A DNA stretch of 64,000 nt from Macrostomum hystrix (lineage: Eukaryota > Animalia > Platyhelminthes), in the NCBI GenBank assembly GCA_950097015.1, contig CATNEN010000002.1:3038001-3102000 (forward strand), read 5' to 3'. Shown one piece after another: positions 23,554-35,134 of this stretch (within the stretch, counting starts at the first letter, position 1; each line of letters begins with the position of its first letter). A program made the translations under genes and the position numbers. The notes under the pieces are model-generated. The model saw only the letters and a list, made by a program, of their open reading frames with translations. It did no database searches and was not told where the DNA came from.

Positions 23554-26135
23554 TTAAAAAGCAAAGCCCAAACTTTTCAAAGCAAAACTTATGATAAAAA
23601 GAAATATGTTAGGTCATAAGACCTTTTTATTTCAGTTTTTAGATATAATAAAGTTAAGTTATTTTTTTTTTCTCTGAGTTAAATTTAAGACTTATTAGTT
23701 CCTTAGGCCTAATGAAAACTAGATTCACTTTTTATAATGTCCTGTGCAACACTGAAATGATTGTAGGCCTAGGGCTAGGGGTAGGGTAATGTATCATCAA
23801 CCGAACAGTGTATCTTCAAAACCAAACAAGAATTTTGACTCCTTCCTTGGTCTCGTGCAAGACAGAAGCAAGCTATTGTGTTTCACAGAACAACTAATTT
23901 GAAAGTTGAAGAAATTATCTACAAGCTGAGGCATGATGTGCAATGAAGCATTAAGAGGAAAGAAAGATATTGATGTTTCAGTAGAAATTTTTATTGCAAA
24001 AGCATACTTTTTAACAACATTTTTTTAGTATGTACTTTAGACAAAGATTGTAGGCCCCTATGTGGTTGCTTGCCAATTAAAGGACCATAAATGTAGTTAT
24101 TTATAGAGCATGAAAAATGCTTTCAAATGACATAATTCATGATAGTCCACTCCTTAAAATAGGATTAAACCACTCACTCAAATTTTAAAACCAAACATCA
24201 AATTCTCTGTTTGGTTTGAAGATACATGAAAATCATTATTCGGTTTTAGATAAAAAGCAGGAATAATTTTTTTTCTATTTGACAAAATAGCAAAAGCAGA
24301 TACTTTTTAGAAAGATGTAACTGTTTTCTATAACTTGGCTTTTGATTTATCATCATATCTTAAATAGAAAATCTGTAGCTTAGGTTTGAAGTTAAAAAAA
24401 TACACATTCTTGTTTGGTTGATGATACATTACCCTACTATGATCAAAACAAAAAATATAAACTTAAAGGTAGATAAATATGTTTAAAACTACTTAAACAT
24501 AAAACTAAATATAATTATGTACAAATATAAATATAAACTTTGATAAATATAGCATAAAAAATATGCCCTTGATGACCTTCTAATGGAATTACCCAAAACA
24601 TACAATAAAAATGTAACAAGAAAACTGTAGTCTGCAGATCAAAAATAAAAACTACATAGCAGAATGTTAATGTTACAAACAAGCAGAATCATGAGCATGT
24701 ACAAATGCCTAATGGTTAATGGTTCAATCGGTTTTGGTCTCTGGACTGAAACAAAATGAGAATGGGCTATGGCATAACAATATTAACAAGCAGCTTAAAT
24801 AACCATTTGCCATATAAGCAATCTGATAACTTATTTCAACAGAAGTTGGTTAGCAATTAAAAAACTAAATTCCTAGGTCCATAAATAACACTGTGTAAAC
24901 ACAGTTAGACAGATCTTTGTCTGTATTCGATTTATTAGATTAGAAGGGAGAAAATGATTATAGTAATTTAAGTTATGCTTAAGTTGGCCCGTCAATGTTA
25001 TAAATACATAGTACGACTTGTATGTCACATCGGTCAGGCAATTTGTAAAAAACAATAGAATTATTTACCAATTATTCACCAACAAAATCATGTATTAGGT
25101 GCACTGTGCACAAAATAACAACCCGCAAACTTGAAATCTCACATCACGTCTTTTAAATTAGATCACTTTGAATTCCGGTTTGATTCAGATTTAAACAAAG
25201 TCTTACACTAATATATTCGCAAAAAGGTTTTATAGCGGCGAAGGATCAAGCAAACCTAATTTTCGAGTTTTAATCTTAATAAATTATTGGTCTAAAAACG
25301 ATTTCATTCTCTCAAAAGTCTGAATTTTTTAACACGGTGCAAACAAATACCTGGTTTTTCAGCGCTCTAACCAGTAAGATTTTCTCTCACTTTTGTGCTA
25401 CTTTACCACTTCCTTACCGTATGTGCGTCAGAAGTTTTTCGCTGTATGAAAGAATATTTGAAAAGAAATTGCATCGATGAAAGTCACCCTGCACCTTCCA
25501 TTTTTTCAAAAATATGTACATTTGATACCCCTTTTTGCAGAGAGAGAATTAAAATGCAAAAAAATAGTGCTCATATGTTTTAAAAGCTGTGAAACTGCTG
25601 ACTTAAGCGCAAGAGACACTTGCTTCCGTTGATATATTAAAGGAAATTGCATGGTTGGTGGTTTATGTGATGGTTGCTTGGGATTTCGTCAATGTTTGCC
25701 AGAGCCTTTATAAACTTTGATGTTAGCTTTTCATTTCGATTTGGCTTTAACTATGCTTTGAACTGCACAGGATGCGGTGGCAGCTAGCTGGCATTTTTTA
25801 ACCAAAATATTTTCATAACAGTATCAGATTTAGTTGCGGGACAGGATTGACGGAGAAGGTTTTCAATCCACATGCGCCTGCGTGTTGTTAGCTAACCAAT
25901 ATTGCAAGCTGCATGCGCGAAAAAATAGCAACGCACGATTAAAATAAATAAAAGTAAGAAATAAGGCTGAAGAGTCCTAGGCTAGTCCTTAAGTATAAAC
26001 TATAGGTTATTAAAACGGTTGTCTTTCATCGATCGCGATGCTTCTTTCTCTCGAGAGTACCGACCTCATTTTCTTTTTTTAATCCTCGTTTGGAAAGAGT
26101 TCGCCAGCCTTTTCCATCAGTCGTGCGTCAGTTCA

Positions 26136-26977
26136 TCATTTGTGCAAGCTGGTCTGGTACACAGAAATCCTCAGTGAGCCACCGCAAATCTCACTGGAAT
26201 TGCCTTTGCACGGCAGGCTGCACTCTGACTCCGGTTTTGGATCGAAGGCTTTGAAGTTCTTATCGCAGTAGCACTCCATGTAGTTCTCCAAGCCAAAGTA
26301 GCGGAACTTGCCGTTCCGACAGAAGCTCATGCACATGGAGCGGTTCATGGCACCTAAGATACTTGTGTCCTTCGATAGGACTCGATTCGAGCTGTCGTCA
26401 GCGTAGCAGCCTAAATAAGCTGTGAGAAAAATTGTAAATTTAAGAAAAATTGAATTGTAACTTGTCTTTTTTATTTCTGAAGTTTTTCAGTTAAAAATAA
26501 CTCACTGGCCCCAGGAACATCGGTGAATGATGGGCGCCTAACGGTTGTGGCATAGGGGGTGCTTGTTGTTGCCACCGTCCAGGCTTCTGTGGTGGTCTCC
26601 TCGCGCTTGACCGACACAAGCCAAGTCTGACGTCCCGGACATCCGGTGGCGAGTCCAGCGGCTGACTTTCCGGCCAACAGCGAGGCCAGCCGGCTCGAGT
26701 CAAGAAGGCCGCAGCGGCCGTTCGAGTCATCGAAGTGGACCGCGGCGCAGGCCGTCTCGCTCGAGCCGGTGGTTTCAGCATCGGTAGCGCAGAGGCTCAG
26801 GCAGGAAACCAGGTGGCTTTGAACTGTCCAGCTCGACGCTGCCACCTCCGTGGTCGGACAGGTGCGCTGCAGCAGGTCGAACTCGACGCCAAGAATGGCT
26901 GCGGTGGCGGGTCTGTAGCCAAATGTACAGCCGACCAGGCAGAAGGCGAACAGCCTAAGCTTGCAGCGCAGAGACAT
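26136..26977 (-). CDS. Secreted protein: signal peptide, PAN/Apple-like Cys domain, Thr-rich linker, WSC domain (~251 aa)
   Basis: Exons 26506..26977 and 26136..26419 (phase 1). WSC pattern YLGCYAD...CMSFC...YFGLENYMECYC...CSLPCKGNSSEICGG...ISVY. Confidence 0.85.
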
Positions 26978-27497
26978 TGCTAGACGGATTATCGACTGGA
27001 GGTTTAGCTGATTTCTCGACTTTAAAGGCATTATATATGATCCGAGTCGCGATCAAAGAGCCAATTGGGATTCTTAGCTGGTCATGATTGGACCAGAGAA
27101 AGGTCAAGCATTCAGCTTTCAATTTTGTTTTGCTTTTTGACAACTCGCTAAGTGAGATTTAGGGACTAATAAATACTATTTTTCTTCTTCATTTTTCTTT
27201 CATACTCTCACCAGAGTATTTTGTAGTCCCTGGTGAGATCTCGGAGGGAGAAACAGAGTGGTAGAATCACAGTAGGAGAATCTCGGTGGAGAATAAATGT
27301 AGGATAATCTCGGTGAGAGAATCACAGTAGGAGAATCTAGGTGGAAGAAAAACACTGGGAGAGTCTCGGTGGGAATGCCATGGTGAACGAACATCAGTGG
27401 GAGAATCTCGGTGGGAATGCCACGGTGAAAGAATATTAGTGGGAGAAGAACAGTAGGAACTCGGTGGGAGAACTTCGATGAACCACGGTGAAAGAAC

Positions 27498-27790
27498 TAA
27501 CAGTTGAAGCTACTGTCTAACAGTTGAAGCTACTGTCTAACAGTTGATGCTACTGTCTAATAGTTGAAGCTACTGTCTAACAGTTGAAGCTACTGTCTAA
27601 CAGTTGAAGCTACTGTCTAACAGTTGAAGCTACTGTCTAACAGTTGAAGCTACTGTCTAACAGTTGAAGCTACTGTCTAACAGTTAAAGCTACTGTCTAA
27701 CAGTTAAAGCTACTGTCTAACAGTTGAAGCTACTGTCTAACAGTTGAAGCTACTGTCTAACAGTTGAAGCTACTGTCTAACAGTTGAAAC
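27498..27790. repeat. 20-bp minisatellite
   Basis: About 14 copies of AACAGTTGAAGCTACTGTCT; a looser GTGGGAGAATCTCG-type array lies at 27240..27490. Confidence 0.92.
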
Positions 27791-28448
27791 TACTTGTCTA
27801 ACTATCAGTTGCAGTATCTCAGTAGGAAAAGTACACCGAAAAAAACTGCTGGAAGGCTCCTGAATAGAAAGTTCGCTTTCTGGATCATCGGATTGTAGAA
27901 CAGTCTCACGAATGTGAAAACTGTAGTAGCAGCATTGAAAATTTATACGAGCGCATGAGAGCACGTTTCTCTGGGTTTACGGCATCTTTACACTGCAATC
28001 AAAATCAGTTGATGCCATGCGAAAAACTGTGCTTTCTATTTTTAGTAACCTTCATTTGAACATAAAGCAAATGTACACCATAAACGAGTCATTTGAAGGC
28101 AGTGAAAATTTAATCTCAGTTATTTAAAACCGCTTTTCTACGAAATGCGTCCTTCAAAATGTACTGGGCTGCGTACAGTGAGGCTGAAGTTCCGTCTGGT
28201 TTATGCAGTGCGCGTACCATAAAATGAACAATTTTGCTGTACGGAATATGCACAACTGTTCTATATAGACTCGCGGAGACAGAGAATCGGCTATTTTCGT
28301 GCCTCTTGCTCAGAGTGCTTCGGCTAGCTACCAAGCGTTTATAATCAAATACGCCAAATAAACTGCAGCTTAAAAAACCTGTTGTTTCTTTTTTATGAGT
28401 TAGTCAGACAGCCCAGGATTTGAGTAGCCATATTTCAACTCTGGCACA

Positions 28449-31400
28449 ATGTCTGCCAGCGAAATATCAAAAGCTAAACGAATTTTCTTTGTCTCGGTGC
28501 AATCTGGAGACAGGGGCGCTGTGTACAAATACCTCTTATCGAATGGAGACCCGAACGCCACAGACAGCAACGGTAGAAACGGATTGCACATGGCTGCTCT
28601 TTGTGGCCACCACGACGTCTTCCAGACCTTGCTGAGCGCGGGTGCCGACCCAGAGCAGAGCGACAAGCAAGGCATCACTCCACTGATGTGCGCCAGTCAG
28701 AGAGGAAACGAGGCCACTGTCGATTCCCTGTTGGAAAAACAGGTGGATGTTTCTAAGAAAGAGAAAGGAAACAAGACAGCTGTGTTCTATGCCTTGTACA
28801 ATAGACATCTTCGTATTGCCGAGAAGCTTGAGCAGCGGAATGCCAGTATTCGAGCTCTCGGTGAAGAGCATGTTGCAAGCATATTTATGAAGGCTACAAC
28901 AGAAAACTGGGTGGACGTTGCCCAGTTTCTCAAGGAGCAGGGCTGCAACATGACCCACAGCAGTCTGCAGCGAGTGGCATCCGAGGCAGGTCTTCGTGGG
29001 CACATTGAGGTTCTGAAGTGCTTCGATGTGCGATTCGACGAGAAGACATCGGATGGTCGAAGTCCGCTCCGAGGAGCAGTGCAGAATGGATTCGTTGAAG
29101 CCGTTAAGTACATGTTGGACAGTGGATGCGATGTCAGATACAATGAAGAAATCACGCGAGTGGCCATTTTGAATGGTCACTTAGACGTCCTGAAGTTACT
29201 CCAAGAACGAGGAGCTCCTCTGTTCAAGAGAGATGAGGACGGCGACACGCCTGTGCAGCTCGCCATAATTTTTGGCTCGTTTGATCTTTTTAAATATCTA
29301 GTGGAGCAGAATGGCTCTCTGGAAGCAAGCAAGAGGCTAGGACCACTGTCTCACATAGCGGTTAGAGGCCAGAAGATTGAAATCTTGAAATACTTGACTG
29401 AGAGCACAGACTTCATTGACGAGGCCGACGAACGTACCGGAGAAACTTTACTTCTAGAAGCCTCTCAGAGAGGACCCATTGAGCTGGTGGAGCTACTGCT
29501 AGACAAGGGATGTGATCCGAGTCACAGAAACTACAGAGGAGTGACTCCCGCCCTCAGGTCAGCGAGCTGCAAACTGGAAGAGATACTGATGCTACTAGCC
29601 GAACGAGGAGCCGAGCTGAATTCGCCGAATCTCAACACGGGAGAAACTGCGATTCTGGCAGCGGCAAGAGTCAACTCCTTTGCAATGGTGAAATTCCTGG
29701 CAGATTTTGGCTGCAGTCTAAATGCGAGGGATCTCAATGGAAACACACTGGCATTTTACGCAGCTCAGGCAAATAACAACGCTCTTCTGAAGCACCTAAA
29801 ACTGAAAAATGTGCCCCTAGACGTGGCCGACATTTTTGACACGACTCCGCTGATGATTGCTGTCAAAAAAGGAGCACTTGATGCTGTGAAGTTTCTGACT
29901 AGCCAAAATTGTTGCGACATCAACCACCAAGACATATTAGGAAGCACGCCAATGCACCATGCTGTTGTGCTGGGTGATGCCGAAATTGTTCGACACCTAA
30001 AAGGTGCAGGTGCGGATTTGACTGCCGTTGACCGCGATGGAAACACACCCCTGCTAATCTGTCTGAAAGAAAAGAAACCACTTGATGTAGTAAAACTTTT
30101 GCTAGGGCGTGACGCTGATCTGCAAGCTACAAACAATAAATTGCAAAGTGTGCTGCACCTGGCATGCATGCAGCAAGAAAACGACGCCGCCCTGCTTCTG
30201 TTTGAGCTCGCGTCTGCCTCGGACGCGCAGGACTGCAACGGCTTCACTCCATTTATGGTGTGCGCCGCTCAGGGCAGCGAGTCCATGGCCATCGTCAGCA
30301 ATGCGATCGGTGCGGATGTCAATCGGAGGAACTACTTGGGCGAAAACGCTGTTCACCTGGCAGCAAAGAGCGGCAACATGAAGATGGTGCAGTACTACTC
30401 TATGTTTGGCTGTCACACTGACCAAGAAGACAAACTGGGAATCACTCCTCTGATGATTGCGTGCAGCAAAAACAATGCGCCGATGGTTGAGTTCCTAATC
30501 CGCAAAGGAGCTGATGTCAACTCTGTAACATACGATGGTAGGACCCCGTCTCACTTCGCTTGTGCCTCCGGATCGCTTGAGGTACTCAAGCAGCTTCACG
30601 AGAATAAAGCTGAGCTGGACAGGCCGGACCTTAGCGGAGTCACTCCGATCCTTCTGGCTGCAGAGAAACAGAATGAATGCTTTCTTAAATTTCTATGCAA
30701 CCAGAATTGTGATTTAAAGAGGACTGACAAGGCTTTGAGAACGGCGCTACACTTCGCAGTGCGAGGTGGCAACGAATCTGTGATCGGCTTGCTAGTTGAC
30801 CAGAGCCTCGATCCGAACGCACTTGACGAATCAGGAACATCGCCAGTTCTGCTTAGCGTCAAGCTGAAATCGACATCGATTTTGAAGCTGCTCGAAAGCA
30901 AGGGAGGCACTTTGATCGAAATATTTGACAGCAAATGCTGGAGTGCGGCTCATTTTGCCTGCCAGACTGGAAACCTTGAGCTGCTGAAAGAGGGCGCGAA
31001 ACAACTGTCACTGAGCAGCCTCACTGCCGAGAGACAGAACTGTCTCACAATTGCTTGCATGAATGCTCAGGAGGATGTTCTCAAGTTCCTGCTTCAGAGA
31101 AAACCAAACATAAATTTCAAGAATTTAAATGGAGAAAATGCGCTCCACATAGCTGCACGGCAGTCTCACCTGAGCCTCATACCTTTGCTAATAAGCGCGG
31201 GAATTCGGGTGCGTGAGACGGACAATGATGGCAACAATGTGCTGCACATCCTAGGCAACAAAATCAGCTCATCGCACCCGGACAGGGTTAAAAGAGAGAA
31301 CGCCGGCAAAAAGGAGCAGATAGAGCGAGCAAAAATAGCGCTGTCTCAGAGGCCAGATGAAGACAGAATTCAAATCATGAAGCTCATCGAAAGCCAGGGA

Positions 31401-33488
31401 ATTAAGAAGAACTTACCTGATGGCTGCCTGAGTAAGAAAGACCTGATGGAGCAGATGACAAGAGTCATAGAGGCTGGAGTTGATGTGAATCATGTCAACA
31501 AGGCTGGAAAAACTGCATTGCATTTCGCATGTGTTTGCGGCAGTCTCAAGGTAATTAACCTGCTTCTATCAAGCAGTGCCGATCCCAATCTCCAAGACTC
31601 GGAGGGAGAAACCCCCATCTTCACCGCCATCAGAAACAGAAAGTTTGGCGCTGCACAACTGCTTTTAAGGAAGGGCGCCAAGGTAAACGTTGAGAGCAAA
31701 GCTCAGCTGACTCCGTTGGCTCTAGCGATGGTTTTGAACGAAGGCAGAATTATGCAGCTCCTTCAACAACAAGACGGTCAGTTCAACGCTGATGCGGTGC
31801 TGAAGTTTGTGACACTGCATGATATTTTCAGAAGAAGAAACTTGGAGCACCTAGAGTGTCTAATCAGCATGGGATTCGATTGCGGCCGGCTTCATAACGG
31901 CAAGTCTGTGCTTCATCACATTGTGGCAATGGGTAGCATCAGACTTCTCAAAGACTTTGTCAACGCGCATAAAAAACTGGCTAGAGAGATTGTTGATTTA
32001 GAAGACGCTGACAAAGATTCTGCGCTTCATCTAGCAATCATGAAACAAAGACCGGATATTGCTGAAGAGATAGTGAAACTTGGTTGCCGAGTCAATCTGA
32101 TGAACAAGAAGGGCCACACAGTTCTTCACGTTGCGGCCATCTGCAACCAACTGGCAATTGTGAAATGGGTTTGCGAAAACTGTCCGAAGATCTGCGAGAC
32201 TGAGCCAGCTAGTCAAGCAGAAACACAGTCGCCTTTGCACCTCGCCGCAATCAAAGGAAACCTTGAAGTTTTTAAGTTTCTCCAGCGCAAGGGCTTTTCA
32301 GCCGCGAGTAAGTGCAAAGGTGGCAAAAACTGTGCTCATTACGCAGCGATATTCGGCAACTTGCACATTCTCCAGCACATAGAGGATGAGATTTACAAAA
32401 AAGAGAAAAGCAGCGAAATCAGAGCAGAAGAACCAGAAGTTGACGAACTCGAAACGGACAGCAAAGAAACCGAAAAGTTGTTCGTCGAGAAAAACAGAGA
32501 AGGATTTTCCCCACTCCAATGTGCAGTTCTGAATGGTCATCAAAATATTGCCAGCTTTCTGTACAAATTCGACCAATCACTGCCGGAGTGCATCGCGCAT
32601 CAAGCCCTGTGTCTGGGCAACCAGCACATGCTCGACTGGGCTGTGAATCGTGGAGCCGCGAAACAGGCTGTAGATCCCAAGACAGGGGAAAGTTCCCTTA
32701 CATTTGCCGCGCTATCGGGGAACTATCATTTAGTCAGCTTGTTTTCCGGCCCAGATCAGGACCTGAATGCAGTCGACAGGCATGGAAACACCGCCGCCCA
32801 GGCCGCGGCAGCCAGGAATCACCGGCACATCCTTCGACACCTCTGGGAGAAGAAAGCAAACATGGACATACCTGACAGAGAAGGCGACACGCCGATATTC
32901 GACTGCGCAATCAATGGACACCTGGAAGCGTTGAAAATGCTGGTTGAATTCGGTTGCAATCTGAGGCACAGAAATTTAAGGCAGCGAAGCATTGTGCACG
33001 TAGCTTGCATCGGAGCTCACCAGACAGGCCACCTCAATATTGTGAAATTTGCGCAGGAACAACAGCTGCAGCTTGACGACGTCGATGATCAGGGTAACAC
33101 CGGACTGATGTACGCATGTCGCCAAGGATTCAAGGACATCGTGAACTTCCTACTGAAGGAAGGAAAGTGCGACCCTAACATCAAGAATAGACAGGATTCG
33201 ACGGCTGCTCATCTAGCAGCCTTGGCTGGTCGAGCCGACATTCTCGAGGCCCTGTTGCACAGCAAAGCGCGTCTGGATGCGGAGGACGGCAGCGAAGCGA
33301 CACCCCTCATGATCGCTGTGAGCCGCGACTATTTTGAGTGCGTGACGCTGCTGGCGAGGAACGCCGGGCTTGGACAAGGCGGCAGCAGGCAGCGACTGGA
33401 ATGCCTGGCGGCCTGGGCGAGTCCCGAGGTGCGTCGTCAGCTGGAGGCTCTGGGAGCAGCGGTAACAGCTGCTGAAGGAGAAAGGTAA
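28449..33488 (+). CDS. Large ankyrin-repeat protein A (1679-aa open exon; probable short 3' exons at 33942..34036 and 34275/34286..34431)
   Basis: Continuous G-x-T-P-L-H-type ankyrin repeats over the whole ORF; co-linear paralog of 41844..46946; stop codon overlaps a GTAATT donor. Confidence 0.9.
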   Translation: MSASEISKAKRIFFVSVQSGDRGAVYKYLLSNGDPNATDSNGRNGLHMAALCGHHDVFQTLLSAGADPEQSDKQGITPLMCASQRGNEATVDSLLEKQVDVSKKEKGNKTAVFYALYNRHLRIAEKLEQRNASIRALGEEHVASIFMKATTENWVDVAQFLKEQGCNMTHSSLQRVASEAGLRGHIEVLKCFDVRFDEKTSDGRSPLRGAVQNGFVEAVKYMLDSGCDVRYNEEITRVAILNGHLDVLKLLQERGAPLFKRDEDGDTPVQLAIIFGSFDLFKYLVEQNGSLEASKRLGPLSHIAVRGQKIEILKYLTESTDFIDEADERTGETLLLEASQRGPIELVELLLDKGCDPSHRNYRGVTPALRSASCKLEEILMLLAERGAELNSPNLNTGETAILAAARVNSFAMVKFLADFGCSLNARDLNGNTLAFYAAQANNNALLKHLKLKNVPLDVADIFDTTPLMIAVKKGALDAVKFLTSQNCCDINHQDILGSTPMHHAVVLGDAEIVRHLKGAGADLTAVDRDGNTPLLICLKEKKPLDVVKLLLGRDADLQATNNKLQSVLHLACMQQENDAALLLFELASASDAQDCNGFTPFMVCAAQGSESMAIVSNAIGADVNRRNYLGENAVHLAAKSGNMKMVQYYSMFGCHTDQEDKLGITPLMIACSKNNAPMVEFLIRKGADVNSVTYDGRTPSHFACASGSLEVLKQLHENKAELDRPDLSGVTPILLAAEKQNECFLKFLCNQNCDLKRTDKALRTALHFAVRGGNESVIGLLVDQSLDPNALDESGTSPVLLSVKLKSTSILKLLESKGGTLIEIFDSKCWSAAHFACQTGNLELLKEGAKQLSLSSLTAERQNCLTIACMNAQEDVLKFLLQRKPNINFKNLNGENALHIAARQSHLSLIPLLISAGIRVRETDNDGNNVLHILGNKISSSHPDRVKRENAGKKEQIERAKIALSQRPDEDRIQIMKLIESQGIKKNLPDGCLSKKDLMEQMTRVIEAGVDVNHVNKAGKTALHFACVCGSLKVINLLLSSSADPNLQDSEGETPIFTAIRNRKFGAAQLLLRKGAKVNVESKAQLTPLALAMVLNEGRIMQLLQQQDGQFNADAVLKFVTLHDIFRRRNLEHLECLISMGFDCGRLHNGKSVLHHIVAMGSIRLLKDFVNAHKKLAREIVDLEDADKDSALHLAIMKQRPDIAEEIVKLGCRVNLMNKKGHTVLHVAAICNQLAIVKWVCENCPKICETEPASQAETQSPLHLAAIKGNLEVFKFLQRKGFSAASKCKGGKNCAHYAAIFGNLHILQHIEDEIYKKEKSSEIRAEEPEVDELETDSKETEKLFVEKNREGFSPLQCAVLNGHQNIASFLYKFDQSLPECIAHQALCLGNQHMLDWAVNRGAAKQAVDPKTGESSLTFAALSGNYHLVSLFSGPDQDLNAVDRHGNTAAQAAAARNHRHILRHLWEKKANMDIPDREGDTPIFDCAINGHLEALKMLVEFGCNLRHRNLRQRSIVHVACIGAHQTGHLNIVKFAQEQQLQLDDVDDQGNTGLMYACRQGFKDIVNFLLKEGKCDPNIKNRQDSTAAHLAALAGRADILEALLHSKARLDAEDGSEATPLMIAVSRDYFECVTLLARNAGLGQGGSRQRLECLAAWASPEVRRQLEALGAAVTAAEGER

Positions 33489-33599
33489 TTAAGCAAATAT
33501 TTTAAGGTGAGCTGCGGGCCCTATAAGGGTCATGATTTTGTGACAGCAGACCCGCAACCAACAAGGAGATTCTGCGCATTCCACTTATACCCCATGAAC

Positions 33600-33848
33600 A
33601 CACGCGCCTACAACAGATACGGTTCGTGTTGGATTAACACCCACATAGAGGACTTTTTTCATAGTCTGGCAGTGTGAACTTTTGCTGTGCCTCAGGGGTT
33701 TGGCCCTCAAGGTTGTAGATTGCAAAGCAAGCCCATAAGCGTTCTCTCCGCAGTTGTGCCCCAAATGAATCTGGCCTTGGCCACAAAATATAGCTCAGTG
33801 GCCTTGGTGCGAAACTTAACCGCGTTCACCGCTTTCCCACTCACTCCC
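33600..33848 (-). mobile_element. tRNA-derived SINE (family A), older copy
   Basis: Head GGGAGTGAGTGGGAAAGCGGTGAACGCG and body TTTCATAGTCTGGCAGTGT align with 18780..18998. Confidence 0.6.
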
Positions 33849-34684
33849 TGCCCTTAAACGAGCTGTTAGTTGGCCACGTAATGATTCGGTGATTTCTCTT
33901 TATCGTTCACAAATAACAGTTTTACAAACTTTCACTGTTAGGCCGATCCTGAGCGCCCTTGATATCAGCATGGAGCACGACCAGCCGGACCAGTCGCAGG
34001 ATTACGTGGTAACAAATGTAAGCCACCGACCGCCAGGTAGTAACTCGGACGAGTGTATGCGAGCCCTGAGCGTTACGAGTAATACTAGATTGTAAGTACC
34101 AAAAATAGTAGTGCCCTGATCTCTACGTTATATTTCAACGATATTTCAGGTTAATTTTTATAAAGTTGAAAACAGTTATTTTGACTGAAACATGAAAACC
34201 AATCTAAAAACCGTTGTTATGCTAATTTGTTATGCTAATTAAAATATAAATCTGTCTTGATAATTCCATTGCAGCCAGTTCACAGTTATAGACGAAATAC
34301 CGATCGAACCCGCCGAGCCCGTTGCCGAAGACACTATAAGCACGTCTTCAACTGCAGCTGGAAATTCTGATCAGGGCGACGAAGGCGGAAGCTCTGACAC
34401 GAATGAGCACATCCGGACAGACCTGCATTAGTGTGCGCTTGCTGAGGCCAGCCGATAACATGCCTGTCGGCACGCAGTACCAACATCAACTTCATTCCTC
34501 AGCACAAACCTATTTGAAGCCGTATTGATTGATCAAGCTGGTATATTTTGATGGTCTTCAGCTATGGTGATATGGTGCAACTATGGTGATCCTAGTTACA
34601 CTTAATTAGTTTGATGGAAATTGCAATCGGTTTCTTTATATTTCCTGTGTCAGTCCTAAGCTTATTGTTAATCAAGATTGTTTC

Positions 34685-35091
34685 TTTTTATAGCTCTTGT
34701 GTTGTGATAACATTTCTGTATTATATTACTCATGACGGCATGACTAATTTCTAAAACATTCTATTTTATGTCTATTTTTATTTACCTTACCTATTGCCAA
34801 TTTTCTATGAAATAAATTTTTGGAAACCTTATCTGCCTGTATATATGCGCAAAAACTCCCTTAAATTTAAATATACGCGTCTCAAATTATTCACCGTTCA
34901 ACAAACTTCTTAAATCCCGGTCGTTCTGGCTTATTTTCCTTCGGCCTACCTCATGCATGGAATACAAACATCATATGCATGTAATATATTTTAGATATTT
35001 TCCTAAATATGAGTGAAAGCAAAATATTTTAGATGTTTAAACCAGTTTATAAACAAAATCATCTTTTGCCAGTGCGTTTCAACACAATTGA
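34685..35091. repeat. ~400-bp AT-rich direct duplication, copy 1 (copy 2 = 36708..36786 + 40087..40428, split by the RTE)
   Basis: Direct sequence match; copy 1 holds the single un-duplicated target TAAAACATTCTA at 34752..34763. Confidence 0.9.
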
Positions 35092-35134
35092 CTGTTATAG
35101 GCCTCTTTTCTTATTTCTTACTAAACTCAAAATT

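Noticed and set aside
25100-25340. Transib-like element (CACTGTG ... CACGGTG)
   Set aside because: Similarity is limited to the heptamer; no TSD.
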